From: Candidatus Micrarchaeota archaeon
GTDB taxonomy: Archaea > Iainarchaeota > Iainarchaeia > JAADDC01
Direction: 5' to 3'
Length of the DNA: 64,000 bases
Assembly (NCBI GenBank): GCA_027046625.1
Contig: JALTXX010000016.1
Coordinates: forward strand, 42,202-106,201
Part shown: positions 36,194 through 45,895 of the stretch, piece by piece
Layout: each line of letters starts with the position of its first letter
Position numbering within the stretch: the first letter of the stretch is position 1
Made by a program: the position numbers and the translations under genes
Notes under the pieces: model-generated
What the model was told of the DNA's origin: nothing
Databases searched by the model: none
The model's input: only the letters and a program-made list of their open reading frames with translations

Positions 36194-37114
36194 GTGAAGG
36201 AGCTCCTCAAACGCTTTCAAACTAAGGAATATGGAAATGTATACCACATTATCTACAAGGACGAAGAGGTGGATAAGTGGCTACCCCATCTAGAAAATCA
36301 GCTGAACTTCCCTATAAAGGGATATAAAATAGAAAAAGGCCCTAATCCAAGGCTTTTCCTTGTCAAAGAATCCAAAAACGACGGAAAGAAGCTATGGTCA
36401 AGTGGAGTGATGCTAGAACTAAAGGATGATAATGTAAATACGTATGTTTTTTCCGAGTTTGCACATATCTATCCTACCAACAGGCTTCCCCTATCCTTGA
36501 AGTATATCAGATCTCAGGCCCCCTCCTTCAAGATAGATGTGTGGCATTCTGAGGCGCCGGCGGTGGAAGGGAGAGTTCTTCTAAAGGTAGAATCGCCTTC
36601 ACATCTTCATAGTGCCCTTGAAAGAGTTGAAGAGGTAAAGGATCAGCTTGTTGCTCTTACATCTCTTGATAGAAAGGGATTGGAGAGTAGTGTGGTACAT
36701 GGAGCAAGAAATGTAAAAGATTTGTTGGACAGACTTTCCCATATTGAAATAAAAAGAGCACTAGTTGTTGGAAAGGAGGAAGAACCCTCTATTGACATAG
36801 ACTATGTACCTATCAGTAAAGAATTGGAGGAGGAAATGCAGAGGATTGCACGGCAAGAGGGACTGAAAAACCCTCAGATAAGGGTTGTAAAGATACCATG
36901 GACAAATACCATATATGCAGAGGCCAGGGAGAAGTTTGGAGATCATATAAGGATGGTACGGATAGATAGTAAGGGAAGGCTACTGAGAGGTATAGAGGTT
37001 GAAGGATATGACAATATTCCCTCTGACGTAGAAAGTATAAGGTTAAACAGGCGCCTGCAAATATTCTCTCCTGTCTACCCCTTTGAAGAGTTGCTGGCAA
37101 AGGTGAGGAAATGA
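36194..37114 (+). CDS. hypothetical protein
   Basis: Long ORF coupled to AGOG by ATGA overlap; start uncertain (36170 or 36194). Confidence 0.55.
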   Translation: MKELLKRFQTKEYGNVYHIIYKDEEVDKWLPHLENQLNFPIKGYKIEKGPNPRLFLVKESKNDGKKLWSSGVMLELKDDNVNTYVFSEFAHIYPTNRLPLSLKYIRSQAPSFKIDVWHSEAPAVEGRVLLKVESPSHLHSALERVEEVKDQLVALTSLDRKGLESSVVHGARNVKDLLDRLSHIEIKRALVVGKEEEPSIDIDYVPISKELEEEMQRIARQEGLKNPQIRVVKIPWTNTIYAEAREKFGDHIRMVRIDSKGRLLRGIEVEGYDNIPSDVESIRLNRRLQIFSPVYPFEELLAKVRK

Positions 37115-37851
37115 ACATAGAAGACATAATAAGAAGTGTGGGTGTGGAGGGAGCAAGGTGGCTGGAAGAGAATGTAGACGAGCAGTACAAAGCATTGCAA
37201 TATCTGAGTGATCATGAAAGGTTTCTGGAGCTTGTAACAGCGGCGGCCTTTATCTCCTTTCAATTATCTGGTAGTGCAGAGGATTGGTGGTGGGAGTTCG
37301 CCCGCTGGTTTAAGGGAAGGAGTGTTAGAGATATATACGAGGCTTTTAGGATATTTCTACCCTTATCAAAGAATAATAGCAGGCTGTTGGATGTTAAGCT
37401 AAAACGATTAAAGCTATTTGTTGAGTTTCTAAATAAGCGTCCTCTTGAAACCTATAGAAGCGACTTTCTAGCTCTCTATAACGATATAATGTCATTTTTT
37501 GGCTATAGAAAACCCATGAAAACAGTTAGCTTTAGCGTGAAAATGTATGGTTATGCATGGAGGATATGGAATGGCTTTGCTCCATACCCTATGGAGATCC
37601 CCATCCCCCTCGATAGAAGAATAGAGCATATATCACGGCTTTTGGGTATGAGGGACCCCATAAGGGAATGGTACCTTGCCTCAAGGAGAACAGGAGTTCC
37701 CCCGCTACACCTAGACACTATCCTGTGGGTACCCTTCTACAAACCTGCAAAAAATCAAGTAATAGCAAAGTTTCCAGAAATGAAGCCTATTTATGAGTTA
37801 TTGGAGGAGGAACCGCCTCCAAAACGTGCTGCCAATCTCCTTGAGTCTTAG
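37111..37851 (+). CDS. archaeal 8-oxoguanine N-glycosylase/DNA lyase (AGOG)
   Basis: SFQLSG..EDWWWEF, KTVSFSVKMYGYA, IPIPLDRRI, PPLHLD. Confidence 0.9.
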   Translation: MNIEDIIRSVGVEGARWLEENVDEQYKALQYLSDHERFLELVTAAAFISFQLSGSAEDWWWEFARWFKGRSVRDIYEAFRIFLPLSKNNSRLLDVKLKRLKLFVEFLNKRPLETYRSDFLALYNDIMSFFGYRKPMKTVSFSVKMYGYAWRIWNGFAPYPMEIPIPLDRRIEHISRLLGMRDPIREWYLASRRTGVPPLHLDTILWVPFYKPAKNQVIAKFPEMKPIYELLEEEPPPKRAANLLES

Positions 37852-38625
37852 GCCAAGATGAGTAGGCGGAGGAGAGGCTGCCCCTATAAGTATATCTTCA
37901 TCCCTTAGAATAAAGCCTACCTTTGTATACTCCTCCAATGCATGAGAAAGCAGCTTAAGCTCCTCATCCTCATGGGAAAGGAACACAGCTCTCCCTCCAA
38001 AGTAGATACCCTCACTATCCACAGATACCTTTAACCCTACTATATCTACGCACCTCCGTACACTAGAAACTAATGCAGAGCCGAAGAGTGAATCCTTTTC
38101 CCAGTTGGGCACTATAAAATGGGGAGTGGGATTGCCCAACAGGAAAATAACCATACCACATTCTTTCCCTATAATTTCGACATGTTTTCTCCCCCTCTCA
38201 GTTGGTGCGTCTGGAAACAATGCAGTATCTCCCCTAAAGAGGGTTACCCCCTTTACTTCTATGAGGGTATTACCAACTTTGAAGTCTATACGATGGCGAT
38301 CTACTTTAATCTCTTGCTCAGAGTGTGAAAGAAGAGAGGAAACTATGTAATTATGGAACCCACTATTAATGAGTATCCATCCATACCCCTCCCTCCACCC
38401 TGCTACCACTTCATATTTGTATTTGCCACTATTCTTTTCCCTCAGAAGAAGAGAAGTTCCTGGCTTCAGGATTTCGCTAAGTCTTCCTGTTTCCCTCAGG
38501 TGTGCAAAGGTTTCCCTTCCGCGAAAGAGGATTTTAACTACAAATCTGTTTACCCTCTCCAGAAATACACCCCTGTCTGTTTCTAGAGGAAGTATAATCT
38601 TTCCTACCCTGGGAAACCTAAACAC
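37798..38625 (-). CDS. sfsA: SfsA-family nuclease
   Basis: RVNRF, TGRL.E, RIDF, EVKGVTL, FPDAPTERGRKH. Confidence 0.9.
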   Translation of the reverse strand: MFRFPRVGKIILPLETDRGVFLERVNRFVVKILFRGRETFAHLRETGRLSEILKPGTSLLLREKNSGKYKYEVVAGWREGYGWILINSGFHNYIVSSLLSHSEQEIKVDRHRIDFKVGNTLIEVKGVTLFRGDTALFPDAPTERGRKHVEIIGKECGMVIFLLGNPTPHFIVPNWEKDSLFGSALVSSVRRCVDIVGLKVSVDSEGIYFGGRAVFLSHEDEELKLLSHALEEYTKVGFILRDEDILIGAASPPPTHLGLRLKEIGSTFWRRFLLQ

Positions 38626-38678
38626 CTAAAGAGTGGAGGTGCATAGCTTTAAAGTTTCCTTGCCTACACTTGAAGGGA

Positions 38679-38753
38679 GGACCCGTAGCCCAGCCTGGAT
38701 AGGGCGTCGGCCTTCTAAGCCGAAGGTCGGGGGTTCAAATCCCCCCGGGTCCG
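38679..38753 (+). tRNA. tRNA-Arg(TCT)
   Basis: GGACCCG...TCGGC-CTTCTAA-GCCGA...CGGGTCC-G; TATA ctttaaag upstream. Confidence 0.96.
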
Positions 38754-38756
38754 CTA

Positions 38757-40271
38757 CTACTCTAGTAGTTTCTTAAGCTCTGGAAACATCTCCACAACGA
38801 GCTCTACCTCTTTCTCTGGTGCCATGGCAGGGAATAGGATAACCTCCTTGAGGCTTTCTGTATTAGCTACAAGCATAAATAACCTAGACAGCCCTATACC
38901 TATCCCTCCTGTGGGAGGCATGCCATACTCCAACGCCCTTACAAAGTCCCTATCCATGGGCATATACTCCAGTCCCTCCTTTTTTATCTGCTTCCTCAGT
39001 TCTTCCTCCTCTCTGAATCTTTCGTACTGCTCTACAGGATTGTTTAGCTCTGTATATGCGTTGGCAAACTCCACACCCCTTATAAACAGCTCAAACCTTT
39101 CCACATACCTTGGATCCTCGCTCCTCTTTGCAAGAGGCGAAATATCAACAGGATAGTGGGTTACAAAGGTGGGATCTGTAAGATGGGGCGCTACATAGTG
39201 ATCAAACAGCTTTTCTACAGCCTCTCCATACCTTACTACATCATACCCCAGTTTCTGCGCCTCCTTAACTACCTTTTCCTCCTCCATACTATCCACATCA
39301 GGACCTCCATATTCTGCTATCGCATCCACCATCTTTACCCTCTTCCAGGGCTTCCTAAAATCTATGGTAGTGTTTCCCCATTCCACTGTAAGATCCCCTT
39401 TGGTATCTTTTATGATGGTTGTGATGTAATCCTCTGCCAAATCCATCATATCTCTATAATCTGCGTATGCCCAGTAAGCCTCTATCTGGTAGAACTCTGG
39501 ATTGTGTGTAGCATCGACGTCTTCATTTCTAAAGTTTACTGAAACCTCGTAAACCTTCTCAAAACCCCCAACAATAAGCCTCTTTAGGTAGAGTTCAGGG
39601 GAGATGCGGAGGTACATGGGAGTGTCCAAGAAGTGGTGATATGTCTTGAAGGGTCGTGCAAAGGCACCACCATAAACAGGTTGTAATATGGGTGTAAGTA
39701 CCTCTATAAATCCCCTTTCGTTGAAAAACTCCCTAGTTTTATGGAGAATCTTATGTATTAGCACGAAGTTTTTCCTTACCCCTTCGTTTAGAATGAGATC
39801 AACATACCTTTCCCTGTATCTCCTTTCCACATCCTTTAGACCGAACCATTCGTCTGGAAGAGGTCTTAAAGCCTTAGAAAGGATACGTAGCTCCCTTGCA
39901 AGGATGCTGATCTCTCCCCTCTTTGTTCTTATTACCCTTCCCTCCGCTCCGACGATGTCTCCCCTGTCAAGGTGAGAGATGAGGGAAAAGTTTTCTGTTA
40001 CGTCCGACCTTGCTACTACCTGGATGTTCCCCTTTTCGTCCCTCACATCAAGGAATGCTATCTTACCATGCTCCCTCATGGACATAATCCTTCCGGCTAC
40101 TCTTTGTATATCCTCCGTCTCTTCCCCATTGGAAAGAAAGGAATACCTCTCCTTTATGTCCGATGAGAAGGCGGTCTTTTCGTATCTTTTCTCCTTAAAA
40201 GGGTTTATACCCTTTGAGAGGAGGGAAAGTAGCTTTCTAACCCTTTCTGCGGCCAGATCCTTGAGTGCCAT
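38757..40271 (-). CDS. lysS: lysyl-tRNA synthetase, class II
   Basis: OB-fold anticodon domain, RYRERYVDL, YLRISPELYLKRL, FRNE, YGMPPTGGIGIG; true start ATG 40271. Confidence 0.95.
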   Translation of the reverse strand: MALKDLAAERVRKLLSLLSKGINPFKEKRYEKTAFSSDIKERYSFLSNGEETEDIQRVAGRIMSMREHGKIAFLDVRDEKGNIQVVARSDVTENFSLISHLDRGDIVGAEGRVIRTKRGEISILARELRILSKALRPLPDEWFGLKDVERRYRERYVDLILNEGVRKNFVLIHKILHKTREFFNERGFIEVLTPILQPVYGGAFARPFKTYHHFLDTPMYLRISPELYLKRLIVGGFEKVYEVSVNFRNEDVDATHNPEFYQIEAYWAYADYRDMMDLAEDYITTIIKDTKGDLTVEWGNTTIDFRKPWKRVKMVDAIAEYGGPDVDSMEEEKVVKEAQKLGYDVVRYGEAVEKLFDHYVAPHLTDPTFVTHYPVDISPLAKRSEDPRYVERFELFIRGVEFANAYTELNNPVEQYERFREEEELRKQIKKEGLEYMPMDRDFVRALEYGMPPTGGIGIGLSRLFMLVANTESLKEVILFPAMAPEKEVELVVEMFPELKKLLE

Positions 40272-40320
40272 AGAAGGATGATGCCCCATGGTATTTAAAA
40301 CGGTACATCCAAATTCTTCT

Positions 40321-41958
40321 GTGGAGCTGGAGGAGCTCATATATAAGTACGCTCTCAAAAATGCGGTGGAGCATGGAGGAAGGGCAGATGAGGGAGCTGT
40401 AATAGGAAAGGTGGTAGCAGAGGCTCCCGAGGTGCGCAAACACATAAAAAATATTCTTCCTCTTGTGAGGGATATAGTTTCTAGGGTAAACAGCATGAGT
40501 ATAGAGGAGCAAAAGAAGGAATTATCACGTTTCCACTTTGAAGAACCAAAGAAGGAGGAAAAGGAAGATCTACCCCCACTGGAAGGCAAACTCCCCCCAG
40601 TACTAAGATTTGCCCCAGAACCAGGAGGATTTATACACATAGGAAACCTTAGAGCAGCTATAGTAAACCATCTATATGCAGAAAAGTACAAAGGAACCTT
40701 CATTTTACGCTACGATGACACAAATCCCCGCAATGTAAAACTTGTTTACTATGATGCCATAAAAGAGGACCTGGAAGCTCTTGGTATAAAGATACATAGA
40801 ATAGTTTACCAGTCTGACAGGATTGATGTGTATCTGGAATATTTGAAGAAGCTACTGGAAGATGGGCATGCGTATGCATCTTTCGAGCAAAATATATCAG
40901 AGAAAAGGAAGGATGGCGTTCCATTTGAAGGAAGGGATAGAGCTCCTGAGGAAAACCTTGAAATAATGGATAAAATACTGGAAGGAGAGTATAGAGAGGG
41001 TGAGGTAGCCTTTTTCCTAAAAACAGACCCCTCTCACCCCAATCCTGTGCTGAGGGATCCAGGCATTTTTAGAATAGTGGATGCCCCCCATCCAAGAACG
41101 GGCTGGAAGTACCGTCTATACCCCACCTACAATTTTGCATCTGCCATAGATGATGGAACCCTTGGGGTAACCCATGTTTTTAGAGGAAAGGACCATGAAA
41201 ACAACGGAAAGGTACAGAGAACTATCCAGGAGATACTATCCCTTGAAATTCCCTATACAGTGGCGTTTGGGAGGTTAAATGTTGATGAGGGAGAGTTCCT
41301 TGTAGGTTTGAGCAAGCGAAGGATAAGGCAGGCCCTAAAGGATGGAATTATAGATGGATGGGATCATCCAGGCCTTTTAACCGTTAGATCTCTCCTGGAA
41401 AGAGGTATTCTTCCCCAATCCTTTATGGAATTTTACCGGTTAATTGGTATAAAAAAGACCGACATCCTTCTGAAGATGGATAACATCTATTCCATAAACA
41501 GAAAATTCTTAGACAAGAAGGCAAGAAGGGTTTTCTTCCTTGAAGAACCATACGAGATAGTGCTTGATGCACCAGAGAGGGAAGTGAGCATCCCCTGGCA
41601 TCCGGACATAGATATGGGAAACCGTGTGTACAAGGTGAATAAACGAATATTCATCGATAAAAAGGATGTTAAGGAAAGAGTGCGCCTAAAATATCTCTTC
41701 AATATAGAAATAGAGAAGAACAGGGGACGATACATAGGTGACGATCCCTCTCTCACACCTCGCATCCACTGGATACCCGATATAGAACCCATAGAGGGAA
41801 CAGTCCTCTTTCCCTCGGGGAAAAGGGTAGATGGATTGTTGGAGTTCTGGGCTCAAACCCTGAAGGAGGGGGAGATAGTGCAGCTTGACAGGCTGTACTT
41901 TGTGAGGGTGAAGAGGAACAACGGGGAAAAGGTATTAATGTACTATACCCATAAATGA
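40321..41958 (+). CDS. gltX: glutamyl-tRNA synthetase (archaeal)
   Basis: YALKNA, RFAPEP..HIGN, DDTNP, RGKDH, LSKR. Confidence 0.95.
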   Translation: MELEELIYKYALKNAVEHGGRADEGAVIGKVVAEAPEVRKHIKNILPLVRDIVSRVNSMSIEEQKKELSRFHFEEPKKEEKEDLPPLEGKLPPVLRFAPEPGGFIHIGNLRAAIVNHLYAEKYKGTFILRYDDTNPRNVKLVYYDAIKEDLEALGIKIHRIVYQSDRIDVYLEYLKKLLEDGHAYASFEQNISEKRKDGVPFEGRDRAPEENLEIMDKILEGEYREGEVAFFLKTDPSHPNPVLRDPGIFRIVDAPHPRTGWKYRLYPTYNFASAIDDGTLGVTHVFRGKDHENNGKVQRTIQEILSLEIPYTVAFGRLNVDEGEFLVGLSKRRIRQALKDGIIDGWDHPGLLTVRSLLERGILPQSFMEFYRLIGIKKTDILLKMDNIYSINRKFLDKKARRVFFLEEPYEIVLDAPEREVSIPWHPDIDMGNRVYKVNKRIFIDKKDVKERVRLKYLFNIEIEKNRGRYIGDDPSLTPRIHWIPDIEPIEGTVLFPSGKRVDGLLEFWAQTLKEGEIVQLDRLYFVRVKRNNGEKVLMYYTHK

Positions 41959-41962
41959 TAAT

Positions 41963-42886
41963 ATGGAACTGAAGAGAGATATCGTACTTCTTATCCTATC
42001 CCTTCCGATTCTGCTTCTATCCTTCTTCCTTTCCTATTCTTCCCCCCTACCACTCGAACTATTCCTCCGTCTTGACACTCTTCTCTCTCCATCCATATGG
42101 CTTCATCTCATCCTCGTCATTTCTCTTACCCTCATAGGAGGCTACATTCTAACCTATATAAGGGACAAGCGTCTCCTCTACGGAGCCTGGCTGCTCCTCA
42201 TATCTGTATCTCTTATAACACTCCTTCCCTCTGACGATATAGATAACCTTGCCTACACTTCTATTCTTATAACATCTGTGCTCGCAGCCGGCAGAGAACC
42301 AAAAGGAATATTAGATATTTGGAGCCGGCTGCGAGCAGAAAAAAGTTTCTCTACCATCGTGCTAATTGTTTTGTTATTGTGGGTGGTTCTTCCTAATAAG
42401 GGGTTTTATAACAACATGGTTATAGATTCCACTTTGGATGTGGTTAACAGCTTTTCTTTAACCCCAGAGAATACCAAGAATATAATATCTTCCATTATTT
42501 CTACTGAGCTAACAGAGGAGGACAGGCGATTAATAAGAGAGTACGTCCAGTCTTTGCCTGAGTGGAATTATCTAACCCCGGAACAGCGTGACGAGTTCAT
42601 TTCCCGCCTTGAAAGAGAGCTTGTAAACCAGAAGAAGCTTATAAAGGAGTCCATAGAACGGTCTTTGAACCTTAGTAACGTGAAATTGGATAAGGAAACC
42701 CTTCTCTCCATTGTTTCATCCTCCCCTCAACTAAGGAGTGTCTTCGAATCCCTCTACATATTCCTTCTCCTTGTAGCTTTGGCCACCTTTTCCATCGCAT
42801 CAGAAGTGGCCTCTCTCATTTCCTTCCTTCTCATAGTGATCCCAGAATATCTTAGGATTAGAAAGGCTCACTCCTCCTCCACATAG
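41963..42886 (+). CDS. hypothetical multi-pass membrane protein
   Basis: About six TMs with a helical extramembrane domain. Confidence 0.6.
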   Translation: MELKRDIVLLILSLPILLLSFFLSYSSPLPLELFLRLDTLLSPSIWLHLILVISLTLIGGYILTYIRDKRLLYGAWLLLISVSLITLLPSDDIDNLAYTSILITSVLAAGREPKGILDIWSRLRAEKSFSTIVLIVLLLWVVLPNKGFYNNMVIDSTLDVVNSFSLTPENTKNIISSIISTELTEEDRRLIREYVQSLPEWNYLTPEQRDEFISRLERELVNQKKLIKESIERSLNLSNVKLDKETLLSIVSSSPQLRSVFESLYIFLLLVALATFSIASEVASLISFLLIVIPEYLRIRKAHSSST

Positions 42887-43650
42887 ATGTTGTTCCCCAC
42901 AACTTTTATCTCTCTGAAGTTACCATTCACTTCTACAAGTACTTCCCAACCGCCTTCCTCTGGTTTTACATAGCGTATGTTTACCTCCCCTAGTTGGCTT
43001 CTAACCAGGTTTGCTATATCATCCACGGGATTTGTTGGTTCCCCAGTAACAGATCCGTTTAGATCTCCTATATAATAATTGCTGAGCAGCTGATATGCAA
43101 ACGTGGAATGGGGTTTCCCTACAAATGCAGCGGTAGCATCCTTCCCACAGTAGGGTAGAATAGCATCTTTCCCTCCTGGATGATAGTTAATGTATGAGGT
43201 TACGTCGTATACCTTTCCTTCTACTATGATCCAGCAATCGTTTTCGCTGTTGTGTTTAGCTATCTCCTCAGGAGTAAGAGATCCAGCTTCAGAAGGGCTG
43301 GAGGCAGCCCTTAACGAAGATGCTGGCACTGTAGGAGCCGCTGGGGAGAAGTAGAGGATGAAAAAGCCCAGATAAAGCAGGGTATATATTACTGTAAAAG
43401 GTAGAATGAACCTTTCCAACTTTCTTTTCTTTAACATTAGGTGTATTCCTCCAAGGGAATGAACAAATGCTACTATTGCAAGTATGGGAGTTATAGTTAT
43501 GTGAAAGTTTCTTGCAAGAATGGATACTTCCCCTCCTTTTAGACTCAGAGCTCCAGAATAAAGTGTAAGTATGAGAATTAGCCCAACTATTACGCCGCTA
43601 ATTTCCACAGTCTTATAAAGTAGTAAGGACATACCGAGAAATAGTTCCAC
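42868..43650 (-). CDS. membrane protein with cytochrome b5-like heme domain
   Basis: HN...[20 protein letters not shown]...GKDAT..F...HS; three N-terminal TMs with two His. Confidence 0.85.
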   Translation of the reverse strand: MELFLGMSLLLYKTVEISGVIVGLILILTLYSGALSLKGGEVSILARNFHITITPILAIVAFVHSLGGIHLMLKKRKLERFILPFTVIYTLLYLGFFILYFSPAAPTVPASSLRAASSPSEAGSLTPEEIAKHNSENDCWIIVEGKVYDVTSYINYHPGGKDAILPYCGKDATAAFVGKPHSTFAYQLLSNYYIGDLNGSVTGEPTNPVDDIANLVRSQLGEVNIRYVKPEEGGWEVLVEVNGNFREIKVVGNNIYVEEE

Positions 43651-43673
43651 AAATTCTTAAAGAAGTTTTAGCA

Positions 43674-44884
43674 TTGGTTAACCCTGTGAACGCCATACAG
43701 GCCCACCGCCTCCACAGGGGAAAGATTGCCATATCACCCAAGGTACAAATAGAGGGAAAATTACATATCTGGTACACGCCGGGTGTTGCAGAGGTAAGTA
43801 AACATATATATTCCAATCCAGACGATAGCTTTGAGCTGACGTGGAGAGGCAACACAGTTGCTGTAATATCTGATGGCACCCGAGTGTTGGGGTTGGGTAA
43901 TATAGGCCCTGAAGCTGCTCTGCCGGTAATGGAAGGCAAAGCACACTTTTGTTCAAGCATTTCGGAGGAGTGGATGCAGTACCCCTGGTGCTAAACGAGA
44001 GGGATGAAGAAAAATTGTTTCACATCATTTCTTCCCTTGCTCCTTCCTTTGGTGGTATAAATCTTGAGGACATAGAAACACCCAAGTGTTTCCACCTTCT
44101 TGACAAGCTAAGAGAATCCCTCCCCATCCCTGTTTTTCATGACGACCAGCAAGGCACAGCCACCGTAGTGTTGGGTGCACTCATAAACGCCACTAAACTT
44201 GTAGGTAAGGATATATACTCTTCAAAGATAGTGCTGTATGGTGCGGGAGCTGCAAACAGAGGACTATACAAGCTCCTTCTGGCCTTTGGGGTAAAGAAAG
44301 AGAACATTGTAGTGATTGACTCAAAGGGTGTAATAAGTATGGAGAGGGATGATGTTAGGGGGACCTACAAGGAGGAGATGATCCATCCCAGTATTACATC
44401 CTTAGAAGAAGCATTCTCTGGTGCTGACATCCTTGTAGCAGCTTCAAAACCAACCCCCGGTATTATCTCAGAGAAATATCTTCTAAAGATGGACAATCCC
44501 ATTATCTTCTCCCTCGCAAATCCCACTCCAGAGGTGGATATAGAAACTGCTAGAAGAGTAGGAGCTTCGGTGTATGCTACGGGGAGAAGCGACCTCCCCA
44601 ACCAGGTAAACAATGTGCTGGCATTTCCTGCCATCTTTAGGGGTATTCTAACGGTAAGAGCCAAAAGCATCCCAGACGAAATACTAATAGAAGCCGCAAG
44701 GAGCATTGCCTCCTACTCTGAGAGATACCTTCCAAGCAGGATTGTAGCCCCTGCTGAGGATAAAGAACTTTATCTACACGAATCTATTTCTGTGGCTAAA
44801 AGGGCAATGGAGTTAGGCATAGCTCGGAGAAAATTATCCTCCTCGGAGTTAGAAGAGGAAATAAGAAGGTACCTGGGGTTGTAG
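43674..44884 (+). pseudogene. NAD(P)-dependent malic enzyme split by a +2 frameshift near 43944
   Basis: [24 protein letters not shown] in frame 1; [32 protein letters not shown] in frame 2. Confidence 0.85.
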
Positions 44885-44885
44885 C

Positions 44886-45653
44886 ATGGATTCAACATTA
44901 TTTTTCCTTCTGTCTGTATATTTAGGTAACCCACCAGTTTGGCATTACCAGCTGCAGAGTTATACATGCCCCCTTTCTCCCCTCCCACACAAGGTGGTGG
45001 ATTTGGACGAATATTCGTGTGATATGAGAGGAATAACACTTGCATACATATCTATTGGTGAGGCAGAAGACTACAGGAAATATTGGACCTCTCTTCCAAA
45101 GGATATCATTGTAGAGGAGAATCCAGAGTGGAAAGGCAATTATACTGTTCGTTTCTGGGATGATAGGTGGAAAAAGGTTGTGTTTTCTCGCGTTCAAAAG
45201 GCCATAGATAGGGGTTTTTCTGGAGTGTATCTGGATAAGGTGGATGTGTATGAGGAGATTGGCGAAGCAGAAAGGATGGTGGTGCTTATATGCCAGATAT
45301 CAAATTTTGCAAAGTCAAAACGTCCAGATTTTCTAGTCTTTGTGCAGAATGGACTTGATTTATACCCAAAGATAAGGAACTGTATTGATGGTATAGGAAA
45401 GGAAGATACCTGGTTCTTTGATGATGAAGAAATTGATGCTAATACTTCCATTCTTAGAATGGCCAAGAGAGATGACAAGATAGTGATGTTGGTAGACTAC
45501 CCCACACTTCCTCACAACCAGATCAAATTCTATCGAAGGTGTATAGGAGAAGGCTTTCTTTGCACGGTTAGTAACAGAGAACTAAACCTTCCACACCCTC
45601 TTTATCCACTCCTATGGCATCCTAAACAGTTAAAAACACTTTACACCCCATGA
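44886..45653 (+). CDS. GH114/TM1410-like endo-alpha-1,4-polygalactosaminidase family protein
   Basis: AYISIGEAEDYR.YW, ENPEW.GNY.V.FW, GFSGVYLDKVD, QNG. Confidence 0.85.
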   Translation: MDSTLFFLLSVYLGNPPVWHYQLQSYTCPLSPLPHKVVDLDEYSCDMRGITLAYISIGEAEDYRKYWTSLPKDIIVEENPEWKGNYTVRFWDDRWKKVVFSRVQKAIDRGFSGVYLDKVDVYEEIGEAERMVVLICQISNFAKSKRPDFLVFVQNGLDLYPKIRNCIDGIGKEDTWFFDDEEIDANTSILRMAKRDDKIVMLVDYPTLPHNQIKFYRRCIGEGFLCTVSNRELNLPHPLYPLLWHPKQLKTLYTP

Positions 45654-45661
45654 GATGTGGG

Positions 45662-45737
<76 letters not shown>

Positions 45738-45895
45738 TTGTCGAACCTTACTTCGTTGATTACCGCACATAGCCACAACACATAAAAACCACCATACCTA
45801 TCATCCCCACCATGACAGACTACGACCCAAACGACCCATCCAACCAGGACAACTACGGCCACGGGGATTGATTTCTTCCCTTTCTTTTTTGTATG

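Noticed and set aside
40272-40703. 143-aa N-terminal extension of LysRS in the ORF track
   Set aside because: It is the antisense shadow of gltX; LysRS similarity starts at ATG 40271.
43931-43960. Programmed ribosomal frameshift in the malic enzyme
   Set aside because: No canonical slippery heptamer or stimulatory structure is evident; a simple 2-nt duplication explains it.
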